64,000 nt of DNA from Chrysomallon squamiferum (taxonomy: Eukaryota > Animalia > Mollusca). The stretch is taken from contig CM022671.1 of NCBI GenBank assembly GCA_012295275.1, forward strand, positions 21,452,001 to 21,516,000, in the 5' to 3' direction. Of the stretch, positions 40,889 to 54,165 are shown piece after piece. The first letter of the stretch is position 1, and the number at the start of each line of letters is the position of its first letter. The notes under the pieces were generated by a model. The model ran no database searches and was not told the origin of the DNA. It saw only the letters and a list, made by a program, of their open reading frames with translations. The position numbers were made by a program, and so were the translations under genes.

Positions 40889-41890
40889 CTGGACAAAAAA
40901 AGAAAAATGGATAAAAATTAGTAATAATAACAGTGGAATATAATATCAACAAGGATAAAACAAGTTAAAAACCACAAATGAATTACATGCATCAATAAAT
41001 AAGAATTATTTCAGTAGAATTACAAGTTTGCAAAACAAATAAAATTAGTGATAAAATGTTGCATCTGAAAAAATATACAACTGACAAAGTTAACTAGGGA
41101 AAAAATAGAAACATTTAACACATTAATTGAAATATTAATCTTCTGTAACATTTTTTAAGGAGAATTCAGACTATTTCTCAGCTAGGCAGTAATAAAGGTA
41201 ATATTTATGTGAGGGTGACAGAATAGGTACCAAATAAACAAAAAACTGAATGCATGATGATGAAATGCTATGAATAATTAAAAAAATATTTTTGTGAGAA
41301 AACATAAAAAATAAACTACCCTCAGATCCTAAGTTTAACATTCTCAGTAATCTGAAATTATTATCCATTTGATAAAACTGTAATTTTATTTACATACAAT
41401 TTTATTTTTCTATTACACTGCATCTGAAATGGTGAAAATTATATGCAGATGATGACATTCTGTTTTCAATCCGGTTTATCTTTCAACTCTTAAAACATTA
41501 TGTAATTAAAATACAAACAATGAATGCAATTAAATCAAGCAATAACATTACTATCTTTTGACTAAACTATCCTAAGACTAACATAGATGATACTGACAGT
41601 AGAAATTAAAATATTATAGAAGCAAAAAGTTAGTATTTTTACATCAATACGAGTGAAAGCCACCCTTCACAATAACCTTTACGGGTAACAGAATTATTAA
41701 ATGTAAATATTAAAAATGTAAATGACTGATGAACATGCCCATCAGGAGCTAATGATTGGCTGAGAAAATGTACAATGAATTAATGTGCTTCCTTTAACGT
41801 TTATATACCTAGGCTGAGAAAATACTGCAGTTGCGTTCTCAATATTCTTTTGATCACTGCGATTCAATTCAGCAACAATATGTGCTCTGA

Positions 41891-43578
41891 TCAGAATGGT
41901 GAACGTGACCGAGATCTCATTGGTGAATATCGTGGACTACTGCGTCTCTTGGGTGATGCACTTCTACTTCTTGATCTTCCCCCTCTGCCATCTTGTTTTA
42001 CTCTAACAAAACTGCTCTCACCCTGCAAAAAGGATAGTCATTTTCAAACACTATATTTACAGAGATTAAAAGTCAATTTTTTTTTTTTATTATTGTACAT
42101 TCAGGGAAAATAAAAAGTAATGTTACAACATTTTGCATAAGGGAAATGAATCTGATACAGATCTGTAAACTGACAAAGTGGCAAATGCAACACTGGGCAA
42201 AAAATTGTATCAATACCTCATGAGATCGAAATTTTGTGTCATCTAAATTTTTAACAGCATATTTCATATCTTCTTTCCTTAGAAATTCAACTACACCAGT
42301 TCCATCCTTAAAAACATCTGCATAACAAACATCTCCAGCTTCACGCATATGATCCTTCAAGTCTTGCCAGCTGCCTGTTGAAGGCAATCCTATAAAAAAA
42401 ACATGGCCAGTTTTCTTTATAATTTCATTTCATTTCTCCCAACAATTCAAATGTAAATAACAAAATAAGTAGACAGAATTTTAAATTAATTCTGCATCCT
42501 ATAAATTCAAACATTGAAAATGCATTTCTGTTTATAATGGTAATTCTAATGTGTATTTGTTTTAGTATTTATTTGCTTTTTATTTTATTTTTTATAAACT
42601 TTACTTTTTAAATTTAGTTACAAATAATTTATATTCTGACCTGATACAAGAACTCTGTATTCAGATCTTCTTGATGGTGGGCCTCCTCGACCCCTTCCAC
42701 GTCCTCTACTACCAGCACCTCTACCTCCAAAACCCCTGCCACCTCCACCCCTGCCTCCAAATCCACTTCCTCCACCCCTTCCACCACCTCGACCACCAAA
42801 ACTAGGTCCACCACCTCTTGGAAATTCAACCCTGAGTGTGTAACCATCATAATTTATGCCATCTCGCTGGAATACTGCTTCTTCAGCATCCCTTTTTAAA
42901 ATGTATATATATATTTATATAACAAGATGACATTTAATCACTGAATAAATAAGTCACTGCATGACTAAATAGTTTTAATGTATTTTTAAAGTAATTGTAT
43001 GTTAAATACACTCAGTGTTTTTTTAATTATTATTAAGACTAAAATGACTTTACTTAGCCTACACAGAGGTTTGTAGTCATCATTTCATAAAGTATCAGTA
43101 AGAAGTAAAAATATTGAAAAACGGTCTACATTCGCATGAATGAAATAGGCAGTAACTAAATAAGTGGTGTAAACTGCAATATTATTTGTTTAAATTATTA
43201 TTTATTTTGTCATAAACAATGTGTAACATGTTTTTAATCCTTGCTTTCGTCCAGTCTTTTCCTCAAAAAAAACAAAAAAAAAAAAATATTTTTTTTTTTT
43301 TTTTTTTTTGGTTTGTTTAATTACTTAGAGAAATATCTAATAAGACTGTATTAATAATACGATTTATTAAATTTAATGTGAAAATTACTAAGTCCACAGA
43401 CCAATTTTTACCTTGGATCTTCGAACTCCACAAAAGCAAATGGAGGGCCTCTGCTGTTTTTCAGATCGATGAACAGAATTTTACCAAACTTATAAAATAA
43501 GTCATCAATATCACGGGTACGAATATCAGGAGGAAGATTTCCAACATATACTCTAGCGTCGCCACCTCTAGAAGACAT
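41891..43578 (-). CDS. SRSF1: Serine/arginine-rich splicing factor 1/9 family, paralog A (~240 aa)
   Basis: Exons 43412-43578, 42641-42891, 42217-42389, 41891-42022: RRM1 [11 protein letters not shown]...[15 protein letters not shown], Gly/Arg linker, pseudo-RRM [20 protein letters not shown]...KFRSHEGE, short RS tail. Confidence 0.95.
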
Positions 43579-43747
43579 TTCTTTCTCAATTTTGACGTTC
43601 AAAAAATATTTCACAAGCTACCTTCTGAGTTTATTCTGTTTCTATCCCACAATTCCCTACGAAACGGACTATTTCGGTTTGGTGGATTACCGAAACGAAC
43701 AGAAAGGGAACTATTCTTATAAAACGATAAAATAAACATTTCCCCCC

Positions 43748-43787
<40 letters not shown>

Positions 43788-46343
43788 GAAAAATACATAA
43801 ATGGAACGAAAGCTTTTGAAAATAATTAAAACGTGTACAAATGCTTCGTTAAATAGTAGAATGAAATATAATTTTTCACTTCACTGACAAAACTGAAGTG
43901 AACATTGCATTGTTTCTCTGGTCTCTCTTAGGTTGTGTGTGTGTGCTTCTGCATGTGCTAATCTGTGCCAGGGTTTCAGCGTTTAATATAAATGCTTAAA
44001 GGCAACAGCATACATATATAATGTAAATTAGTGGTATGTGTTATCTAAGGATGGGTAAAACTTAAATGAATTTACTTTTTAATTAGTAAAGGGATGTTTT
44101 AGCCAATCCAGTACAATGTGTTCACAAATTTAAACACCAATATACGTCGTCTAAAATCGATTCCATCTGGCCCTGCAAACCACACGCACACAAAAACTAA
44201 AACTAACAAACGTCGACCGAGTGCTCTTCCACCAGGCGTAACCTTCCTACGTGATGTTTTTGTTTCTGGTTTCATAATTTTTAAAACAGTATTAAAAGAT
44301 TAAAGGACTTAATTTAAATAAAAACGAAAAATGGGCAAAAGGTTTTGATATATCCTTGACTGATTGAGCGAAGAAGGAAAAAAAAACAACAAAATAAATA
44401 AAATAAAAAATAAATAAAAGAAAAAGTTTCAAATGATTGTTAATAAATTAATGCTGAAATTCTACACTATAAATTGTCCATTTTCAATGTTCTTAAATGG
44501 TTGAAAAAAATATATGGATCTATATTGCAACGAAAACAAGTCATACAGGTGTTTTTATACTGTAGTGACAACATTAAATATGAGTTATTTTACCAATTTT
44601 TGATCAGTATCCCATGGCTGTGAGAAGAACAGGAAAAAGTGTTTGAAAAGGCCAAATTTGTTACTGCATTAACGACACTAAGATATTTGCATTAGCAACA
44701 TTTAATTATGTGGAAGTAAATACAGAATATGCTTATTTTGTACACTTTAAAATAAACAACCCAATTAGTTTAATCTCATCCACACTTTTTATAAACACTG
44801 TAAATTAACATGAACAATAAAGTGTAATACATATTTTTCTGTCATCTTTTAACATAGACTGAAATGTAACTTAATAATTTAAATAATAAAAATATAATAT
44901 TTCTATAATTTATTAAGCTGGAAATTATTGTTACAATAAACTATCTACAACTCCTTACACATTTTTTTCCCTTGTGTAAAATCAGTTCAAATGTTTATTT
45001 TTCTGTATGATATACTGTTAATAGACTAACTAAAGTCATTCAGTGAAATACTTTCTCATTCAGCTACAAGGATTAGCATGGACTGATCAATGCTTGTCTG
45101 ATTACAGATTACAGGTTTTCAGTATTTCAAAGATCAAATACAAATCTCAGTTTAAGAAAAAAGTAATTCTGGTCAAATATAACATTTTGACATTTTTAAA
45201 ATGTAACTAATTCATATATTGTTCCAGTATATTTAAAAAATCCCCCAAAATTATTATATAAACAAAAAATCAAATTACATTAGGTAAACATTTTTCTTTC
45301 CTTTCCAGTACCTTAGCACTTCTAAAAGACTTGGTAGGTGCTTGCCAGTCAGTAGGAATGAATATACTAAAGAATAATATATCAGAACAAAGGTACACTA
45401 GCTGTTGGTGTTGGTAGTAAATATATTTCAAGTTATCAGTTTATTTACAATTTAAAGTCTACATTGGTGTGTTAAAGTAAATACTCACCATTACATAACT
45501 ACTTATCTATCTATTTTAATTTTAAAAGTACAAGATATTTTCTTTTATGTCCAATGCCAGTGAGATAAAACTAAACAGTGTGCACAAACAGAAAACAAGA
45601 AAACAGAAGTATTATAATTTCTTTATTGTCATAGTATAATTAGAAACCTATATTGAATAAAACAGAAGACAATGAGCTATATACATATAAAACCACCCTT
45701 CAAAAATTTCACCTGAAACAAACATGATAGAGGCTGCAATTGTTGGTTTCCCTTCTATTTTTGAGATATTTGGGGATGCAATCAGTAAAGCAGAACTGAA
45801 TTTGACTGTACTAAAAAGATTCTGCTGAATATATTAAAGCCAGTAAGAAAAAATAAACTATTAAGCACTGGTAACTCCGTTTTCCATACCCATCTACAAT
45901 GACCATACAGAATACATTAGATAGAAGTGGATGCAACGAGCCCCAAGATATGACATTAAAATTTGGTTATCTTATATGGCAGAATAATACACTTGTATTT
46001 ATAGAAGCATCTTTTTATCTTAGTTTTTTGCAATATTCATGCATGTTTCAAATTTTATAATTTTGGTTTATTACAAATAAAACGAAATGACTAGCAAACT
46101 TACCTGCATTTCATCAAACAATTGTTAAGCAAATTCATTCTGCAATATTTTTTATTTATTATCAAAGAAAAACGATGCCAAACATACACTACATTATAAC
46201 TTGATTACGGCAAAATCCTAAAATAAAGCAGTCTGATCCCAGTGACCGGCATTTAATGATTAAGTTTAAATGTTTATCCCAGTTTTTATTATGACATGCA
46301 GGTTTACCAAAATTCATAATTTCTTTATAAATTTTTTTTTTTT

Positions 46344-46609
46344 TTTTTTTTTAAAGCAATTACCAGATTTTATCGTATCCATATCCACGAGGGCTCCAAA
46401 ATTTCTGGCCAAATTCTTTTCCAGTGAAAATTTCTGAATCCTCATCCGATGTTAGTTAATCCATCCTTTATCCAAATGCTTTTCCAATACAGCGTTATCC
46501 TAATCCATGCGACTTTATCCAAATGTCCTCCCACGATTAACAGCCTCTATTATGTGTCTAAAGACATCCCAACTTTTCATCTTTAATTTCTTTTCCACCG
46601 ACGACCCAA
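46344..46609 (-). other. Candidate second GGAU-rich non-coding exon of SRSF1 paralog B
   Basis: Branch CTAAC + TTTTGCTTTTTATTAG|TTGGGT acceptor, CTG|GTAATT donor; about 11 GGAT in 266 nt. Confidence 0.65.
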
Positions 46610-46759
46610 CTAATAAAAAGCAAAATCAACAGCAATCAGTTAGACAGTTTATAAAACAGTAACACAAAAACGGTTTTGTAATTTAATTGGACTATATTCT
46701 TTGTTAAAAGCAAAAGTGATTTCCTTCTGCCCTTCCCAAAACAACAACCCCAAAATATA

Positions 46760-46794
<35 letters not shown>

Positions 46795-48564
46795 GGTCCA
46801 CCATTTTAAAATCAATGCATACTTCTCAACTACATCTCAAACCAGAAAGCAACACAAGAGGTTAAGATTAGCAAATAGCAAAATAATTCAGGCCAACATA
46901 AAACAATTTAACATTAATGTTAAAAACATCAGCAGCAATGTTAACTTACTGCCCACTTTCTTCAAAAATGGCATTTACCATTCATAGAAATGAAATGTTT
47001 CTACTTTTTAGAAATACTGAAGGTAAAACTTCTGAAAGTTGTGGAGTCAACCTACTTGAGAGCCAGATAAAAATAATACACTTTTATTCATTTATTAAAA
47101 TTATATTAATATCTGAAACAAAAAATATTTCTACATAAACCATCACATTTTATTCTCTTAAATGTAAATAGATTTTAATGATGGAATGAAATGCAAAAAA
47201 TAAACAAAAATAGTAACAATGCAATATCTTTTGATTGAATTTCATTTTTTTTTTTTTGATCTGTACAATATATACACACACATATATTAATGGGTATTTT
47301 TTTTTTTAATAATTCACATGTAATTTGAACTGATTATTTGCAGGTACCAATTATTTGACATAATGCTGTATGAAGCATCTGCTAATTAAACACATGCAGA
47401 CACGAACAAGTACAAATTATATTTTGCAACTAAAATGAATGAAATGGCCTGTATTCAGTATCAGTGTTACTAAAATAATTCATAACATTTAATTATGCCA
47501 TCATAAGATTTTGATTATATACATGCAGCAGTTCATTTAGGCAAATGATTTAATGCTTCCTGGGGTTTTTTTTGGATGGGGTAAATTGTTCATGGTAAAG
47601 AACAATTATAAAAAATGGTGAAAATCAGTTTTACACATTATTTCACTATCAAACAATGATACATTATATCCTTACTAAAATTTGAGAATGCAGTTGTTCA
47701 GAATTTATTTCATATGAATGTTTTAATTTAAACCACAATACAGCAATCTCACTAAAACAAAAAAAAAACAGAAAAAACGAATGTATACTGTAAATACTGT
47801 AAAGTGCACATTCACAGAAATAATTTTAAGTACATTTTTTTTTTTTTTTTTTTTCAAAGAAAACACAGATTTGTTTTTTTTGTTGTAGTTGAATTCAAAT
47901 TCATTATAAAATATTAAGCTTTATTAAATAACTTGTATTTGTACATTTGTAATTGTGTTGATTGCTAACTAATGTGCCTATGTTGCATGCAACTGGACTA
48001 TTCACTGCAATAACTGCCCTATTATATTTGACAGCTTTCAACAATTAAAAATTCAAATGGTTTTCTGGCATTTCAATGTAATGTGTTGGGGGAGGGGTTT
48101 CTCACTTTTTTGCATTTCATTTTGTTTTCAGATGAATGAATAATAAACATATATTTACAATTCTTCGTTTTTAAATAAAATATCAAATATTAAAAAATTA
48201 AGCCAAAAATGGGTTTTCAATATATTATTTGTGAAGCAGTTCCTTTTTCATAGAGAGGACTTTCATTACAATAGGAAAGAAAGTAATATTAATTTAAGGA
48301 ATATTTCTATTTCTACATCTCATCCAAAAATTATTATAAAAATGAATTTTTTTTTTTAAATTGTAGTTTATTGAATGAAATTTTTTGTTTCAGTCTTCAA
48401 ATAATGAGAGATAAGAAGCTCATCTTTACAACAATTTATGTATACATTTTTAATGAAGGGAGATAAATCTGTACCACCAAATACAATCTATGATTATGAA
48501 AAGGACGCATGGGCAAAGTTCACTAACAACACTTATGAATAGGAATAGGACAAGCTATGCATAC

Positions 48565-48699
48565 CAGCACCATCTTATCCTCCTAATCCTAGTCCAGAGT
48601 GCGACCCATAGCCATCCAGTCCTCTCTTGACCACGATTTGTGAGTCGCGACCTCTGGAAGGCTCATATCCTAAATCCTAGAGTGGATCCTAAACAGCAT
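48565..48699 (-). other. Candidate GGAU-rich poison/3'UTR exon of SRSF1 paralog B
   Basis: Acceptor TCTTGTTCCCTACAG|ATGCTG, donor GCTG|GTATGC; six GGAT plus GGAC/GGAG in 135 nt; GC-richer than flanks. Confidence 0.7.
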
Positions 48700-49133
48700 C
48701 TGTAGGGAACAAGATGACAATAACATTTTTGAAATATATTTCATGGAATTTAGTTTTTAAATTTCATTAAGGAAACAAAATTATAATTCCTTTTCAGTTA
48801 CTGAAATTTAAGCAGTGTGTGTGTAGAATTGTGCTGAAGACATTTATTTCAAACACATACTTTATTCATTTTTAAACTGAAATGTCTCGTAAAATATTTT
48901 CAGACCTAATTTTTGTGGGTTACAGAAAGATAGCTGGATACAAGGAGAGTGTAAACGCTAAGGAACTATTCTCTAATTACATAAAACACAGTAACAACAG
49001 TTTAGTTTTACATCATTGGTCAGAGTAAATGCAGGCATGCCCAACACCTTGAAATCAGCAATGGGCTTTTATGTTTTCAGTGGCACATGAACAACTAAAT
49101 AATGCATTTATGGGGAACATCAACTATCTGGTT

Positions 49134-50999
49134 TTAATATGGTGATCTGGATCTGGATCGAGAGCGGGATCGTGAACGCATGGGAGAATAACGAGGACTG
49201 CTTCGTCTTCTTGGTGGTGAAAAACTTCGGCTCCTTGACCGTCCTCCTCTGTAATCTTGCTTGACTCTAACATAACCAACTTCTCCCTGAAACAGTAAGT
49301 TGTTTGTTAAAATAAAAATAAATTCAAGTTCTATCACAGAAACCTACACAAATAATTAACACAAGTTCTGTATTAAAAAAAAAAATCACCATCATTAAAA
49401 CAGTATTAAACATTAAAAAAAATTCTGAACATTATGTAAATATTTCATTTCTAAAATATGAGATGTATTTCAAAACATTTCAGATTTGTCTTAAGTGTTA
49501 GAAGAATGAAATAATGGTTAATTAACACTATTTACTCAATTCTCTATGATATTCTTTATTTATTTTGTAACAGATATGCTAAAACTCTTTATGATATATC
49601 AACTACTGTTAATAGTAAACTGCAACTTTAAACAATTATATATAACCAAATAAGAAAACGAAAAAAGGATTACCTTAAACAGAGAGAATTTACAGTTAGA
49701 AAATCGTTACAGACTCCATGTTCACAGTTTAGTATAATGACTGTCTTAACTGTAGAAACTAAAACAGGTAAAATGATTTACTAACCTCATGAGAACGGAA
49801 TTTTGTATCGTCCAACTTTTTAACAGCATATTTCATGTCATCCTTTTTAAGAAATTCTACAACACCTGTTCCATCTTTAAAAACATCTGCATAACATACA
49901 TCTCCAGCCTCTCGCATATGATCCTTCAGATCTTGCCAACTTCCGGTTGGTGGAAGACCTAAAAATAAAAATTGAAACAGAATGAAAAGTGAATATTTCA
50001 AGAGACCCTATCCAGAAAATGAATGAACTTTTAATTTTACATTAATTCTAGGTATTAATTTATCTGTAGCTGTCTGTATACAACAGTCGAAACATTGATT
50101 TTACAAAGAAGAAAAACTAAATGTATAACTCACCAGAAACAAGTACTCTATATTCTGATCTGCGGGAAGGAGGGCCACCACGCCGTCCAGCCATGAAATA
50201 ACCACCCATTCCTCCACCTCGTCCCCTACTGGGTCCGGGTCCACCTCCTCTTGGGAATTCTACACGCAAAGTGTATCCATCGTAATTCTGACCATCGCGT
50301 TGTGCAACTGCATCTTCAGCATCCCTGAATAAAAGTTATAGATCTGTACTTAAGTAATACTCATCATATTGTTTATCACAAGGATTAAGACTTTTTAAAG
50401 GTTAAAATAAGTTCCACTAAATTCTAATTTTACACTAAATAATTCTACTATCACTTATTTTTTATTAATATATACAGAAATGATTATGACAAAGATAAAT
50501 GATATATTTAACTGTGAAACTCTTACTCATTTCAGTAAATTCTTCTAAATGTACACATAATCGTGCAAGTTTGCAAGTTATCTATTTATCTATATAAATT
50601 CATTATAAACATTATTCAAGTTTTTAAGAGTGATACTGATAGTGATACTGTCGGATTACTGATAAGGATAATCATTAATCATGATATTGACAATACTTAA
50701 ATGGATTTTCAAAATTATAATAAGGAATCCAATTTTATATCTATTATTATATGGAAAAACAACATATTAAGCTTTACACTGCATAAATATGACAGATTAT
50801 TAAGCCAGTCCTAAGCATACCTTGGATCTTCGAATTCGACAAAAGCAAATGGTGGACCGCGTTTATTCTTCAAATCGACATAAGCTATTTTGCCGAACTT
50901 GTAAAACAGATCTTCAATATCGCGCTCTCGAATATCTGGGGGTAAGTTACCAACATAAACTCTAGCATCAAGAGACGAACTGCTTCGTCGGTATGACAT
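49134..50999 (-). CDS. SRSF1: Serine/arginine-rich splicing factor 1/9 family, paralog B (~231 aa)
   Basis: Exons 50821-50999, 50134-50324, 49786-49958, 49134-49286; same intron positions and motifs as paralog A (SWQDLKD heptapeptide, RS tail ending [12 protein letters not shown]). Confidence 0.95.
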
Positions 51000-51064
51000 A
51001 TTTAACAAGATTCCTTAAACAACAACAAAAACAATGATCTATAAGCAACGCTACGTACGTAACA

Positions 51065-51102
51065 CAAAATGGCTACTTTCCGCTCTGCATTGCATTGTGG
51101 GT
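51065..51102. promoter_or_regulatory. SRSF1-B proximal promoter motifs (YY1-like, ZNF143/SBS-like)
   Basis: CAAAATGGC at ~51065 and TGCATTGTGGG at ~51091, within ~100 bp of the ATG; short motifs so only suggestive. Confidence 0.35.
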
Positions 51103-51661
51103 CAAAGCATAAAAAATTAAAAAAGCAGACGTATTAACCAATGACATGCACCTGTCAAACGTAAAAAGCAGCAAAGAGTGGAAATTTACCGACTTCGATG
51201 ACGGGGGTTCTTATCTTCAGACCTATTTAGGGTGATAAATTTTTAGAAATTATTTACAAAGATCAGTAAGAAAAAATAAAACTATATATATATATGATAT
51301 ATAATTTAATTAGCACTGAAAGGTTGCCAGTTTAACATAAAAACTGAATCTATAGTTTACATTTCTCATTTTCCAAAAGTCAGCTTTTTTTACAAATAAC
51401 TTTCGCTGTTTCTCAATCTAAGATGAAGACAGTGGATATTTTAAAATACTTTCATTTTGAAAAGAAAAATACAATGAATATATTTAACAAACGGCTTGTT
51501 GATTACATGTAGAGTTTAGACAAATAAATATCCGTTTAATAATAAATGTTTATGGTGATTAGTGTGATAAAAAACTGTCTCAGTAGGCGTATTCATTTAG
51601 CTATCAGAAATTATGCACGCTTGCTGCCGCCTTTTTCCTGGCAGCTTCGTAGAACTTTATA

Positions 51662-52402
51662 CAGTGGTACCTGGACTTACGAGTGCCCCATCTTATGAGT
51701 TTTTCGAGTTACGAGCAGTCGCTTTGTCGAGTTTTTGAGTTGCGAGCCAAAATCCGAGTTACGAGCGGGCTTCAGATACGCCGCCGCTAGTTGGCGCATC
51801 GAACAGTACAACATCTGCCCAGCATCCAGCGTCTCACTCGTTTACTTCATGTCGTTACCTCACCGTTGAAGTATCTTTGTTATTTTGTGCTCGCGTTTTG
51901 TGCAGTATTTTTCGTGACCATGGATCCTAAGAAAGTTAGTGCGAAGGACCGTGCTGAGAAGATGATGTCCAGTGAATTAAAGCATGAAATCATAGAAAAA
52001 GATGAGCGTGGTGAGCGTGTAGTCGACTTGGCTAGGCAGTATGAATGGAATACTTCTACGACATGTACTATAATGCTACTGACGAAGAAGGAGTCGATAA
52101 AGACTATAACTCCAGCCAAAGGCGTTAAAATAAAATTTTATTTTGGTTTTATACAATATTTGTCATTTATAAATAGATTTTTGTTATTTAAAAACACGTT
52201 ATAAACAAAAAAAAAAAAAAAAAAAAAAAAAAAGAAAGAAAAAGAAAAGAAAGAAAGAAAGAAATGGAGTGGTTTGGGGGGTTGGAATGGATTAATGGTA
52301 TTTCAGTTACTTTCAGCTGGAAAAACTGACTTGATATACCAGCAAACTGAGTTACGAGCTCGGTAACGGAACGAATTAAACTCGTAAGTCAAGGTACCAC
52401 TG
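51662..52402 (+). mobile_element. Non-autonomous Tigger/pogo (Tc1-mariner superfamily) element
   Basis: 23-bp TIRs CAGTGGTACCTGGACTTACGAGT / CAGTGGTACCTTGACTTACGAGT (1 mismatch), TA on both sides, internal GAGTTACGAGC repeats, truncated CENP-B-type HTH ORF MDPKKVSAKD...ELKHEIIEKDERGERVVDLARQYEWNTSTTCTI...KKESIK. Confidence 0.92.
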
Positions 52403-53410
52403 TATAAAGGTATGTCAGAAACAAATTGTAGTTATTCTGATTTTATTCTTATTCAGATCACTAAAGTACTGAAAAAAAAAAAACAAAAAAAAAAAACAAC
52501 AAGAGGTTTATGATTGGTCAACTACTTAAACGTTACGATTTTTTATTTGATGTATTTGTTCCTTTTTGCTTTATTTACTCGTCTGACATTTGGCAACGGA
52601 CAGCAATAAAATGTAATATCGTGCTTGCAGATTATTACCATGATCTAATATGTAGTTGAACAAACATCCATAATTTTCATTCTTAATGACATTTCAACAT
52701 ACATACATATATGTATATATTATTTTAATTAAATTCTACTCACGTATTTTCGAAACCCTTAATAAATAATACTAAATTATTTTACAAAGAACAACAAATT
52801 ATATAATGAAAGTTCATTCGTCACACATTAATAAATTACCCAAATCTTAATGTGGAATGCAACATATAACGCTATTGGAGAAATTATAATCTTTGATATA
52901 ACTGTAGTGTAATTATCTAAAATGTTTTATATAGGTACTGCACATCACATAAGAAAACATACTAGTTAAATTAATCAGTAGTAACTATATTAAAATACTA
53001 GCATTTAACAAGAAAACAAGAACAGCATTATACATGTAAAATAAAGTTCTATATTTCTAACCTACATACATTAAAACATCTCTCTTTTGATGTTATCGTT
53101 TAATAACTACAGATAAAATAGTCTTTAATTTATATTTAAGCTTGTTTTTCACATCAGGAAAATTATGTGATAGAAACTACTGAAGAAATCCTTAAAGCTG
53201 GCCAATCACAAGTTCAGTCGACAAACATGTTCGTATCAAGAGGCACTAATATCTATGGCAGTATTAATATTTTTATCTCACCAACAGCTGCAGTAGCAAC
53301 GAACACTCCTTTCTAAATTCCTTCCTGAAGAGAGCATCGCAGTTTCTGCTTTTCCTGTAAGTTAAGTTTTGTCATTTTATAGAAGTACTATAATGAACTA
53401 ATTGATAATA

Positions 53411-53527
53411 TAATAAACTGAAGTTTGTTTTGTATTTATTGTACTGATAAAATAAATTGAAGTTTGTTTTGTATTCATTGTATTGATAAAATAAATTTAA
53501 GTTTGTTTTGTATTCATTGTATTGATA
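53411..53527. repeat. ~40-bp minisatellite, three copies, in DYNLL 5'UTR intron
   Basis: ataaa.tgaagtttgttttgtatt.attgta.tgata repeated three times. Confidence 0.85.
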
Positions 53528-54165
53528 TATTATTCAAAAGAATATATATATATAAACTTTTAAATAATAGTTTGTAAATTATAGGTACATGAGTAACATT
53601 ATAATTTAAAAAAAATCAAAAACATTGTACTTTTATGTAAATTTGCATAAAATATTATATTATTAACTTTGGAATCTACTTTATAAATTGATTTATTCAA
53701 CTGAAATGTTCGGCTGTTTTCCTTTACTTCATTATAAACTGTATGTAATATACCACAAATTCAATTTAATTTTCAAATGAAATATTTTTATAATAAAAAA
53801 GAGTGAAAGAATAAAATAATGTTTAATAGTATCGTTAGTATCATGGAGAAGAATGGAGAATAAAGAAAGTGAGGTTGGCAGACTTGGAATATAATTATGT
53901 GACGCTCAGCAAAAATACCAAGACAGTTTTAAGTTACTAAATTTATTTAACAAAATGAATTTAATTTACTGATGGAAAAAGAGAAAAAGTGAAAGTAATT
54001 CTGTTATCTCAGTTTTAATTCTCGATTTAAATAATCAGTACTTCGCTTCTTGTTACTTAGATTAATATTACATGTAAATTCTTTTGACTCCGTTTATTAT
54101 TATTCGGGTTGATTTGTTATTTCGTTCATTTACTGATTCATTTTTAATTAGGCCTACCCTGCAGT

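Noticed and set aside
53411-53527. Repeat array considered as CRISPR-like
   Set aside because: Head-to-tail minisatellite without spacers in a eukaryotic intron; no cas genes.
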